Of a stretch of DNA of 64,000 nucleotides, positions 23,363 to 35,944 are shown one piece after another; position 1 is the stretch's first letter, and each line of letters starts with the position of its first letter. The position numbers and the translations under genes are program-made. Source of the stretch: Pseudogymnoascus verrucosus. Lineage: Eukaryota. The stretch lies in the NCBI GenBank assembly GCA_001662655.1, contig KV460207.1; one strand, given 5' to 3'. The notes below the pieces were generated by a model, which had not been told where the DNA came from, ran no database searches, and saw nothing but the letters and a program-made list of their open reading frames with translations.

Positions 23363-23643
23363 AACGATTCATATGCGGCGCAATGCCAATCCCAAGTACT
23401 TGAGTTTGGATTGCGTCTGTTGTTGCTGAGTGAGGCGCAAGCTACTCGACAAATGCCCGATCCAGCATTCTTGAGGCTCTAGAATTACCTACTATCTGCG
23501 GGCGGCACTAGTCCAAACCTTAATTCACCAAGTCACATGACGTAGATTTTGGTGCTTGACCATCATAACGCGGTTCAACTTCAGATCATGAAGCTTAGCG
23601 TGTTGCGCAAACATCAATCGCCAACCGCAATTCCTCTACGATA

Positions 23644-26600
23644 ATGGCGCCGAGGACAAGGGGCCCCGTGGAGCCTCGCAAGGAGGTGGATGATGGCCGG
23701 CCTACGGTCGCGGATCTCCAAGGCGAGAGTCCATTCGCCCAACTCGCAAAGAAACACTGGCTCAAGCCAGGCAAGAAAGCTGCGAAGGTCAAAATAAAGC
23801 CACAGGTGTTGAGGAAGGAAATTTGGGATGTTCTTGAGCAGGAGGGTTTCTCATATAAAACGCTCCTGGTTCTTGAGAATCTGCAAATCCTCGAGAGGTA
23901 TGCGCATCAACAAGCCTTGTGTTTGCCCATACTAATTATACTGCAGCTACCTATGGCCTGGGTTTTCGGACGATGCATCCAATCACCATGTGCTCCTGAT
24001 CGTTTTGATTTCTAATGTGCGCAGTCGGGAGCATTTACCTGTATGGAGTAAGTGAAGACCTCTGTCCCAACTGGTTCTTGGGTGGAAACTGACAATCACA
24101 GATATATACTCTGATAATCCTGCCGATTTTTCGTTATTATTTCGACGTATACTTTCAATGACTCTGGATAATACCCTTTCGCCAAATATACGAACACACC
24201 TTCTCTCTTTTATAATAAGCGCCTTCCAATCCCTAGACAGTGGCATTGTCCGGAAGGAATGCGCTCCGCTGGTGTCGATAGCCGTCTGGCATAACCTTTC
24301 AAGCGAGAAGAAGCGAAATAATAAACTGGATGAAAGCGTTCAGTTGAGAAAGGTCTGGAGGGCATCCGGCAAGCGATACGAGGCTGCAGATGATACGACG
24401 AAGGCAAGGCTCCGTTTCGAGAGGTCATGGCTGTACGCCATGCTGCTCGATTTCTTCAACCAATTGCATGACACAAAGAACAAATCAGACAATCTTCTGT
24501 ATTGCGAACGTTTCCTCGAGCTGCTGTCCGACTTTCAAAGTCAGTTGCCGACCCGGAGATTTGTTAATACGCTGCTGCAAGATTTGAACACACTGCCCCT
24601 TATAAGGCTATCACCACTGTTCAACGACGAAGGCAGTGGGCTATTGCGAGATCTATATGGCTTGTTAAAGCATTACACGTACTTTTCCCTTGACGACCAC
24701 ACTGGGATCCAGTATACCGGAGAGGAGACATACGAGCGCCATTGCACGCAGCTTGGTCGTTTACAGCGCACTGCCCTTAAACACTACAAAGATAAGCTCA
24801 CGATTCTTGCCTTATCAAATTATGGCTCCATCGAAAAGCGAGAAGACCTCGAGGGTCACCTAGAAACGTTGACAGATGATGAGTTAAAGGCTTATTGCGA
24901 GCTTCTTGATCTCCGTGTATCGTATCCAGACTCGGCCAATGTTGCGGGTGGCCGCCCGTTTTTACTGGAGGTTCTCGTGTCTACGTTTGAGAGACGGAAG
25001 ACATTCCAGGACACAGCCCGTGATCTGAGTATTCTACCGACAGAAGAGACTTTGTTCGAGCCAACATTATTGCGGAATGAGAGCTACAATGGATCTCAGC
25101 CGCTAGCTCTGCCAAAGCTCAACTTACAATACTTGACTGTTGGCGACTTTTTGTGGCGCTCATTTATCCTGCACCGCTGCGAATCCTTTTTCGAGATCCG
25201 CAAAGATATCGAAGATACCCTTAAACGACTGCGGCCACAAACTAGCAGAACAGGAGAAACGAAGTTCGACGGGTTCTCAAAAATGGCACTGCCAATTTCG
25301 AAACCGGCTATTCTCGAGGTCGTACCCCCACTTGTCGGCGAGACGAAGCCTGCTGCCGTGAAGGCAGAGATCGCTCTGGATGTGAGCCGTCTTGCGGAGA
25401 ATATACGTCGAGAATGGGAGTCGTTGCGGCCAGATGATGTAGTTTTTCTTCTGGCTATAAACCTTTCTAACCGTAGTAATCTGATCTCAAACGGCGAATC
25501 AAAAATTAGCGATCAGCAAAAACTAGGCATAAGGCATATTCGAGCTGCCGAGGTTACTCAAGTACTAGATGACAATGGGCGTCCTATGAGAGACTTCAAC
25601 GGCCAGACTAATGGCCGTGGGCAAGCGCGGCTCCGTCGACTGCACATCAAACTCGACGCTGCTATGTACAAGCAGGACTTGGATAGCGCTTCGGCTGGCA
25701 AACCTGATGTCTACGAGTCAATCAATGTTATTGTGCGAAGGAGAGGTCGGGAGAACAACTTCAAGTCGGTGTTGGAATCTATTCAAAGCCTGACATTATC
25801 GGACGTTCCACTTGCTCCGTGGCTTCACGAGGTCTTCCTTGGCTACGGCGATCCAGCAGGAGCATCCTACCCGCAGTTAGCCAACAAGATTAAAAAGGTG
25901 GACTATCGCGATACGTTTCTCAATTGGCATCACCTGATTGAGAGCTTGCCTGGCAAGACGGTTGAGCCCAGCGAAGAGGCAAGCGGTAGCTTCGGTCCGC
26001 CTTACGTCCTTAACACTACAGAGAGCGTATCCGCGCCAACCCCTACCAAGCCTTCAAAGAAGAGACGTCGTGGTCAGGAGGATGTTCCAGCGAATGTTGC
26101 CCCTCCAGTTGTCGAAGTCTCTACTTACAAGCCGCCAAACACTGGGCCATACCCGATGGACGAAGTGAAACTTAATCACGTTCGTTTCACGCCAGCTCAA
26201 GTTGATGCCATTCTCTCTGGGACACAGCCAGGCCTGACTGTAATCATTGGCCCTCCAGGAACGGGCAAAACCGATGTGGCAACTCAAATCATCAATAACA
26301 TATACCACAACTTCCCCAAGCAGAGGACTTTGCTTATTGCACACAGCAACCAAGCTCTCAACCAGCTATTCCAGAAAATTGTCGCTCTAGATATTGATGA
26401 GAGACATCTTCTTCGTCTGGGACATGGTGAGGAGGAGCTCGACACTGAAAGCAACTTCAGCAAGCATGGTCGCGTTGAGTCTTTCTTGGAGAACAGAGAC
26501 AGGTATCTGCTTGAGGTGGATCGCCTGGCTGCAAATTTCGGTGCACCTGGAGCGCATGGTAGCTCTGCCGAAACCGCAGGCTACTTCAACTCCGTTTATG

Positions 26601-28114
26601 TCCAGCCTGCCTGGGCGAGATTCCAGGAGGCACTCAAAGATCCGGAGGTAACCAAAGAGACTGTTATCGAGCTATTCCCATACCACCACTACTTCTCCAA
26701 TGCCCCGCAACCGCTTTTCCCTGCCGAGGCGGATAAAGCGGGCGTCATCGAGATTGCCAGCGGATGCAATTATCACGTCACAAAGATCTTCACCGAACTT
26801 GCCGATGTGAGGCCCTTCGAAATCCTTCGCCGGGATCGCGATAAGGCAAACTACCTTCTCACAAACGAGGCACGCATTATCGCCATGACATCAACGCATG
26901 CAGCAATGCGGCGACGAGAAATCGCTGATCTCGGGTTTCACTACGACAATGTCATCGTCGAAGAAGCAGCCCAGATCACCGAGATCGAAAACTTCATCCC
27001 CCTTGCGCTTCAGACTCCGAAGAACGGGATGATGCCCCTCCAGCGCGTCGTCCTCTGTGGTGACCACTTCCAAAACTCCCCGATCGTTCAAAACCTCGCA
27101 TTCCGTCAGTACGCGAACCTCGAACAGTCGCTTTTCTCTCGTCTCGTGCGTTTAGGCGTTCCTACTGTCATTCTCGACAAGCAGGGTCGTGCTCGCCCAT
27201 CCATCGCCGAACTTTACCAATGGCGTTACCCGCACCTAGGCAACCTTCCTCTCGTAGAGACTGGCCCAGAATTTCAGAAGTCGAATGCCGGGTTCAGATA
27301 CGACTACCAGTTCATCAACGTCCCAGATTACAAGGGCAACGGCGAGTCCGAGCCGACTCCCCACTTCATCCAAAACCTAGGTGAAGCCGAATACGCCGTA
27401 GCAATCTTCCAATACATGCGACTACTCGGATACCCCGCCTCCAAGATCAGCATTCTAACTACCTACGCCGGCCAGCGCGCCCTGATCAAGGACGTACTCA
27501 CCCACCGCTGCGCTAAGAACCCCATCTTTGGCCTCCCCAAGATCGTCACTACAGTCGACAAGTACCAGGGCGAGCAGAATGACCGTAAGTTCCCCCACCC
27601 CCCGCCCATAATTGCCAACTTCCACTAACCCATCTCCCTAGACGTCATCCTCTCACTCACCCGCACATCCCGCGTCGGCTACCTCCGCGACGTGCGGAGG
27701 TTAACAGTAGCCCTCTCCCGCGCCCGTCTCGGTCTCTACATCCTCGGCCGCCGCGAAGTATTCGAGTCCTGCTTCGAGCTTCAGCAGGCATTTGAGATTC
27801 TCTTCCGTCGCCCGGATAAGCTCATGCTCGTTACCGGCGAACTCTGGCCTTCGCAGCGGACTATCGCGGATGAGGCGGATGATGTGGAGGTTGTCGGCGT
27901 GACGCCCATGGAGGGGGTTGAACATCTGGGGCAGTACGTGTTTGAGATGACGAATGCGAAGGTGCAGCAGTTGCGGGCGGAGAGGGGGGTGGGAGAAGAT
28001 GTAGATGTCCTGGCTGCCGTGGAGGAGATGGATGAAGGAGAAGAGGTTGCTCTTGATGGCGAGGTGGAGGAGGAGGCTACTGTGGATGGCTTTGAGGCGG
28101 AGGAGGCGGAGTAA
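23644..28114 (+). CDS. cwf11: Aquarius/Cwf11 intron-binding spliceosomal RNA helicase, 4 exons
   Basis: LALPKLNLQYLT..DFLWRSF, RENNFKSVL, Walker A GPPGTGKTD, the variant motif II VEEAAQ, QNLGEAEY and TVDKYQG. Introns near 23898-23946, 24048-24101 and 27585-27641. Confidence 0.95.
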
Positions 28115-29492
28115 GGCGTTATATGGGTGGGGGGGGAGGGGGGGAGGAAGTGTATAGTGAGTGAGTGGGTGAGGGCACGTTGGGTTGGATCATGGGATGG
28201 CGCACATTTTTTATTTCCCTGGATACGGGGTGGTGGGTTTCATGAGCTTTTGTGAAAAAGTAGTGTTAGGATATTAGCGGTGGCATGCATGCCTGCAGTC
28301 GAGCCTTTGTAATCTGTATGCACATATATTTGCCTGGTCTGAACTTTATGTGTGAAATTATACGTGCTTGCTTATAGTATTCGCCACCGAAAGGTTGTCC
28401 TTTGAGGATTTCACCTTGAAGATTTCACTGGAGGTGATTGCGGCGAACTGCAGCCTGCCTACCAAGACCATGCAAGGAGCATACATAGAACAGCACACAA
28501 ACCACATAGAACTGTTACACATCTAACATTTCATTCACACGCATTCATATCTACAACACAAAGGTCATTGAAATAACTGCCTAGTTGATTGCTCGCGAGA
28601 CACCTATTAAAGCAAGAAAGCTGGCCGGCTCGATTTATCGAATTAGATATAGTACAGTGTATCCCCCCCCCGGCCCTACCACCCGATCCACCTTATCCCC
28701 TCACTCACACACCGACATCGTTGGCGACCGACACCAGTGCACGAGCGAAGCATCGAAGAATGTCCGAGCTGACCCCATATCGCAACCCCCACCCAAGGAA
28801 CCCAGAGAACGAACGCCCTCCGAACCCCTTTTTTTCACCGCCTAATATCTCCCAGCACTGTCTTTCTCTCTCTCTCTTATTCTTCCCTCGCTAAATTACA
28901 CGGCCGGCCGGCCCAAACGACAGCCCAACTCGGAAAAACAAAATGACGAAAACGAATATTGTCGAATCTAAGCAGCAAAAACGGGCGCCCCGGTTATGAA
29001 AAAATGTGAACTATTGACACAAAGCTTTTGTGCAGAGCCGCCCCCCTACCCACCCACCCTCTCCGTGGCGAATCTCGCGTAATGCTCCGGCGGCAAGGAA
29101 AAAGAAAGGAGAAGTACCACGCGATTATTTCGGATAGTGTAAAAAAAGCAACCCGTCGGTTTTGATCGTTCCGCGTTTTTCTATATCCAGTACTCGAGGG
29201 AGGGGTGATGTTCGATGTGCTGAGGAAGGAGAAGAAGACGAGGGTACGGTTTTTTCGACTGACGAGAACAGGAGACATTAAAAAGAGGTAAGGCCCTTCC
29301 CGGATAGGACCTAATGCGGGACCGAAGTTCTATAAGCCGATCTGAGGTATCATTGAGACTGAGAAAGCAACTTTTAACACACGTTTGTTGGAATGAAAAC
29401 CCGCCGGAAATGCATGGAGAATGGGAAAGCCCGCAGTCTAGGCACAAGAGATTGGGCATGCAAGACGCTATGACACGAATGGCGCTCAAAAT

Positions 29493-32400
29493 CTACTCCC
29501 CCTTCTTCTCGCCTGACGCAAGATCGCTCTTGGTCAGGACTGGAGAATCAGCTGGAGGGGGAGATGTTGGGTTCTCCGGTTCGTGGTCGTTCAGGTCACC
29601 AAGAAGACTGAACGCGTTGATTGTGGCGACGGGCTCCTTCTCCTTCTGTTGTGGTGGGGTTCCGGTGCGGGATGAGGCTCCCGAGTCGTCTCCAGTTCTG
29701 GATAGCGATCCTCCAGGTCCCATCTTGCGTCCGCTGTTGCTTCTCGACGAGAACATCGATGTAGGGGCAAACGACATTGGCGCTCCGGAAGCACGGCTGG
29801 CTCCCTTGTTTGTCAACCGACGGAGATCATCAGTGGCAACGGTGTTCTTCGAGTAATCAATCGGGGGCTGGTTGCCGTATTGGTTGGAGAAGTTGCGCGA
29901 ATCACCGCGGCCAGGTTGCATACGTCCTCCACCACCTCCACGGGGTCCACGAGCATTCTCAGCAGCCTTCTGTGCGGCAGCAGCCTCAGCCTAGGTGATG
30001 TTAGTATTTGTGAATATAAATAGTGAATGGGAATTCTTACCTCTGCGCGAACTTCCTCAAGAGTCTTAGGGCCCTTGTTGTCCTCCTTCGACACCCATCT
30101 CTTCTTACGGAGATCCACAATGTCCATAAGCATGAACTTAAGACGGCTGGGCAACTCTGGGGTATCTGTCATGGCCACGATGCGGCTGAAGTAGATATCC
30201 ATCATTGGCTTGCCCTTCTCGGTGCTGTCGAGGTTGCCTCCGATAGTCTTGAGGAGCTTGGTCAACGACTCAATCTCAGCCTCATCAGGAATACCAGTAT
30301 AATCGACAAGCTTCTTGACACATTCGTGCATGATACGCTCAGTAAGCATGCCAAGCTTGTAAAGCTCACCGATGAACTGGACGAGACCAAGACCACGTCT
30401 CTTGGCTGCAGCGGCAATGTAGTAGGCGTCAGAAAGCATAACAGCCTCCTCGGTCTTCTCCTCGCCACGCTCGCCCTCTGGCTTGTCACCGAGGTCCATC
30501 TTCCATCCACGCTCGAACTCCTCTTGACATCTGTTGAGGAGGTACTTGCGGAAGAGGTTACCACCCGACACAACGTTGCCGTTCTTGTCGAGGATGCTCT
30601 CATCCTTGATCTCGGGACTCATGGTCTCAAGCATGCGCTTGCAGAACTTCGCGTACATAGAAGCCCAGTGAGCCTCGTCAGTAGCCTTCTCAAAGGTGAG
30701 CTGGATGACTTGGCGCAGGGTGCGTCCGTCGGCCTCATCCTTGGACTGAGCCGCAATAGTAAGAATCTGATCTGCGATCTTATCGAACTTCTCGGGCGTC
30801 ATCTTGTTGAGAGCAGCCTTGACCTTACGCTGGACCATATCGGGCTCCATGTGGGTAGAACCACCTGCGGCACCTGGAGCAGGTCCGGCGGCACCAGTAG
30901 CAGATTGAGCTGCAAGACTGCGTGGCTTCCATCCAGTGGATGTGACCTCGATAGGCTTCAGGACCATGCCAGCTGTGAGAGGCATCTTCTTCTCAGCCTC
31001 AACATTGTGCTTGCTCGTGTTATCACGCTTGCTGCCTTGGCGACCGCCACGGCTGGGGTTGGTGTTACGCGGTGATTGCGGCTGGCCCATGCCCGAGGGC
31101 TGTCTGCCAGGTCCCATACCACCAGGGAATGTTCCGGTGCTTCTGAAGTTGCCGGACATTGGGTTTGCACCAGCCGGTCGTGGCATAGTGCCTTGAGACA
31201 TCTCGAAGCGTTGCTGGGAAGTTGTTCCGGGAGGAAGGGTCTTGCCAACACCGAATGTGCCCATGGTGAATGCACCTGGAGCACGGTTGGAGCCCTGGCG
31301 TGGGCCCATGCCGCCTGGGGTTCTCGAAGAGCCCGCGCGGGATGATCCTCCGTCACCGTCGCCAATCAAGGCCTTAATCTGGGACTCGAATTCAAGAGAT
31401 GGCTTCTCGGTGAAAACCTTCTGGAATTGAAGCAAGAACTCTTTGTCGTACTTGAAGCTCTTGCCCTTGCTTGTAACAGCAGTGTTAAGAGCAGGGTTTG
31501 GTGACGAGATGTTTGGTGGGTAGATGGAAGAGTCCAGGACAGAGAGGAACCTGGCCGACTTCAGCGACTGAAGTGCGGCACTTGGCTGCGGTGGCTCGAC
31601 TGGCTTGGTGTTGAGAGGTGCGAGGTTAAGCGCTGCAGGCTTAGTCTTCTTCTCACCGCCCAAAACCTTTGGTGGCGGGCCCATCGAGTCATCTGAAGCT
31701 GGGGTAGATGCTCCGCTGTCACCACCAAGCTTGAGAGCACCGAGTTTCGATGCCAGCGTGCTTGGTGTGAGAGGGGCAGCATCGGCCTTGGAGTCTGCGG
31801 ACTTAACCTCAACTCCGGCAGCCTTTGCCTCAGCATCCTTGCGCTTCTGCTCGCGCTCATCCTCGATGCGCTCCATCTCACGCTCTTGCTCCTTAAGCTT
31901 GCGGTCATTCTCCTCGGCCAGCAACTTGTTCTTCTCAGCGTTAACCAAGTCGGCAGCGGCCTTCTCGGCAGCGCGCTTGGCCAGCACCTCAGCTTCAGCC
32001 TTCTCGCGGGCCTCTTCGGCCTCCTCCATTTCCTTGATCTGCCTCTCGAGCTCGTCCTCGGCATCCTGCTTCTCCTTGGCAGCGGCTGCCGCGGCATCGG
32101 CCACAGAAGTATCCGCCTTCTTCTCCTCAGTCACCTTAACCTCACCGGCCTTTGGCTTCTCAGAGTCAGTGCCCTCAGCGTCTGATGCCTTGGCATCTTC
32201 GCCCTCAGCAGCTCTGCGCACTCTGTCCTTGAATTCTTGCATGACAGTCTCATCTCTCTTGCTATCAGTGCGGGCGTGCTGTGGGGTGGCAGCCTTTGGT
32301 GGCGGTGTGGGTGTTGAGACAACAACAGGTGGAGTCTTGGAAGATTGGATGCTTGGAACGGGCGACGCCGGTGGCTTTGCCGATGGCAGCTTAACAATGT

Positions 32401-34176
32401 CACCATCTGGGTTCTTGATGACAATTGCGGCGCTCCTGCGGGTTGTGCGTTGGAAAGTGCTGGGAGAAGCCGCAGCCTTTGCTTGGGGAGTTTGATGAAT
32501 GACGGACGCTGGCATGGAAGGAGTTTGTGGCTGGCCCATGCTTGAGTTTGGCCTTTCAGACATTTGCGAAGGTGTACGCGACATTGCCTGGGGTTGTGGC
32601 TGCTGCTGGTATTGACCTGGGATGAATGGCTGTTGGTAGCCTGGCTGGGGAGATTGTGGCTGGCCTGGCATGCCCTGCATGTACTGCATTTGCGGGTACA
32701 TAGCGTATGGGGAAGGAACAGGCATGCCGCTCATGCGGTCGTATGGTGGAGCTTGGTAGCCGTAGTTCTGCATTCTTGTTAGAATCTGGTCAAAGTTGCC
32801 ACTCTCTGGCGACAAATCAATCTTCTCAGTACGTGGGGGGAAAAGGGGGACAGAGGGAACTGGGTTAGGGAAGAACGGTTTGGCAGCAGCACTCCGCTCG
32901 GAGCTCTCCAGAATCTGCTCCAGTTGGTTTGAAAAGAATGAACAGGGCAGATCTCCAGATGGCGCCTTGAAATTATCTCCCGACTGGAAATGCTGTTGAT
33001 TATTCTTCCCAGCAGCTTGCTGGCCATTCTTGGAAAACTTTTTGCCATTTTTGCCTGACTTGAAGGAATTTGGAGGAGGATGGAGTGAAGAAGAAGGGTG
33101 AAGTACTTGAGGTTGAGGCATGTATTGAGGGTGGTATTGGCCATATTGCTGAGGGTTCTGCATTGGCATGACTTGGCCCATGTTCGGGGTGCTTGGTACC
33201 GAGTTGGTCAGAGCAGGGCTGCGGTTTGCCTGGTGTGGCGAGTTCGGGTACTGGGGCATAGGTCCTCCACGGCCAGGGAATGGACCGGGCATGCCGCCAC
33301 GGCCCTGGTTTGGAGCGCCGCGGAACTGGTGGTTGCCTTGCGGGTATCCCATCTGTTGGTTCTGGTAGGTGTTGCTGTAGCCACGGCCGCGGCCGCCTTG
33401 AGGGTTGAAGCCGCCTCTGTTGGGACCACCCATGCCGCCTTCTCCGGAAAGTCGTCGGTCATGGCCAGGTTGTGCGCCTGGGGCAAGAGGTGCCTGTGGT
33501 ACGGAAGCATGTCGCATGTGACGCTATTAAGGGAACAAAGATTAGTACAATGTATCTATGTAGGAGAGCAGAAAATAAAAATACTTACATCGCCATCGCC
33601 ACCCGGGTGACTACCAAAAGTCATTCCGGCGCTCTGAAGTCCTGCAGGAGGTCTGCCGCCACCACTCGCTGTTGGCTGTGGGATCGGGGAAGGCGATTGC
33701 GCCGGAGAAGTCACTCTCGGGTTGCTTGGAATCGCAATCGGCGCCGACGAGGAGGTCGACTGTGAGATCTGAGGAGTGCTATGAGTAGCAGCAGGAGACT
33801 CAGCCAGCGAACCGAACTGGATCGCCTTCGAGGAGCCGTTTGCGACGTAGCCACCGTTGATGGTGACGGAGCTCTTTCGGCTGTGCTCCATCGCGTTCCC
33901 GTTGCTGCTAGCAATAGCCGGGGTTGAAACTACCGGTACAGCAGGAGGTATCGACGATCTGCCATTCACTGGCGAGATTGACGAAGACTTTCCATGCTGT
34001 ACCGGCGCGACGTTGCCGACTGCCACGGCTGGGGATTGAGAGGACGAGCCCGTCGCGACCGGAGGCGACGAGACTGCTTTTCTGGTCGCGGAAGCGTAAG
34101 ACTGAGCGGACTGCGACGCGCCGTTGTTGTTGGAAGCCGAGCTTGGGGGTTGAGTGGGTTGAGAGACGGAAGTCAT
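29493..34176 (-). CDS. TIF4631: Translation initiation factor eIF4G
   Basis: eIF4E-binding motif YDKEFLL and MIF4G domain (VKAALNKMTPEKFDKI..FEKATDE..LLNRCQEEF..GLVQFIGELYK..SRLKFML). Introns at 33524-33588 and 29991-30040, plus an optional in-frame intron at 32768-33106. Confidence 0.95.
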
Positions 34177-35914
34177 AGAGTTGTCGACGTTGGTCTGGTG
34201 ATAGATAATGACGTGTTTGAGATGGCAAACGGGATGGGATCCGTACGGGTCGATGTTATCGAGCAGATGTCAAATCTGGAGTCTCCGTTTATGTCCAAGG
34301 GAGTGTATTTGATGGAAGAACTGAGCGGAGATGTTCGAAACAATCGCAGTGGTCGAAGTTAATCGCACTTGTCCGTTGAAGGATTAATTAAAAAACTTGA
34401 GATTAACAGGGCGCAGGGCCTCTGGAAATTCAAAGGAGAGTCGTGAACCCGTGGCGATCTGCAGGACAGTCGCGATCGAGATCCTTTGACGGTTTGTGAA
34501 GGGTATCCGAAGATATGAAATGCGATCTCTCTATTCCTTGCTAAAGGATAGAGATTCGCAGATTCTTGGAGATGGGGGAAGTTGTTTGGTGGTTTGTCGA
34601 AGACAAGAGGGTTGGAACAAAAAAAGAGCAAGAGGGCGAACAGAAGAAATTTGATTTGGCTGGGCGGAGCTGGGAAAACGGGAAATCACGCTAGTCCTAG
34701 AAATGCGACTTTGGCCTAATGCGGTTACTGTATTACAAGTATGTTAGATAAATTATATATTAGGAGGGAGGAATTGGAGGGCTATGGAATGGGATAATAA
34801 TTGGAATAATAATTGATTGCTATAGACAGTGATTGGAAAGATCGGATTGGAATAATTATAATAATTACCGGCGACGAGGGCAGTGATTCAGGCGTTTTTG
34901 CTTGTTACTGTGCGCTGTGCGAGTATAACCTAAGATTATTTTATTATCGCCTGGGTCTGTGGTATGTGGTCACTTGGGGAAATCACAGTTAGTAATCGAC
35001 TCGACTACTATAGTATCCTTTTACTATAGGAAGGCTACAATATCGCATCAGGTACTCTACCCTAACTCTACTCTACTCTGCTCTACACGAAGCAGAATAT
35101 AAAATCAATATATAAAATCTAACCTTCATCGTGTTGTCTTGCCTGTCCTTCTCTCTGTTCCATCCATTCACTTACTTGCCCGTCTCCCCCCTCTAATCTG
35201 ATCTGGTCTGACTGATCTGGTCTGATCCAGGGGCACAAAGGGCTTTATTCACATCTCCTGACCAGCACCACCACCATCCAATCCAAAAGTATTCTCTCCT
35301 CCCCCTACTACCAATATTGTTTTTTTGCTGCCCTGCCCTAGACAACAACACGTTTCTCCAAAAGCGGCAATCGATATCTCATCCCCAGCTCTACCCTCCT
35401 ACAGTCCACTCAAACTAACCAACCCACCTGAAACAGCATTAGAGTCTAGTGCGCACAACTGGAGAAGCCGGGCTCGCCTCTACTAGTAGGCAGCCTCGCC
35501 TGCCTCTAGTCGCAAAAACCCACCACCATCCGTCGCGTCGTTACCAAAAAGTGACTGCGCGGTACTGATTCACTACTTCTGAGTCTACAAAAGCAGCGTC
35601 CTGGGTAATGAATCACTTTTTGTCTTATCCGCACATCTCCTGGCGAGGTCGTCATCACTTATCCACGAACGGATGGATAATCGACCAAAGGGGATTAAAT
35701 TGACTCCGTGGCACGCACGCACTTTAACGGGGGCGAGGCTGCCTACGTGCGCGTGAACGAGCGAGCGCGCTTTCTTTTTCTTTTTTTTTTTAGTTACAAG
35801 GGTTTCTGTCGCAGCGCACAATAATACAATACGAAAAGTGACTGAACAGTTGATACACCCAACAATCTACCTAACCAAGATGTGCTTCAATTATCGAAAA
35901 TCTGACTCCTTGGT

Positions 35915-35944
35915 TTGACTGACTGACTGACTGACTTGACTGAC
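35915..35944. repeat. (TGAC)n microsatellite in the long intergenic region upstream of eIF4G
   Basis: ttgactgactgactgactgacttgactgac. Other simple repeats lie nearby (ctgatctggt at ~35198-35227, poly-T at ~35771-35791). Confidence 0.8.
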
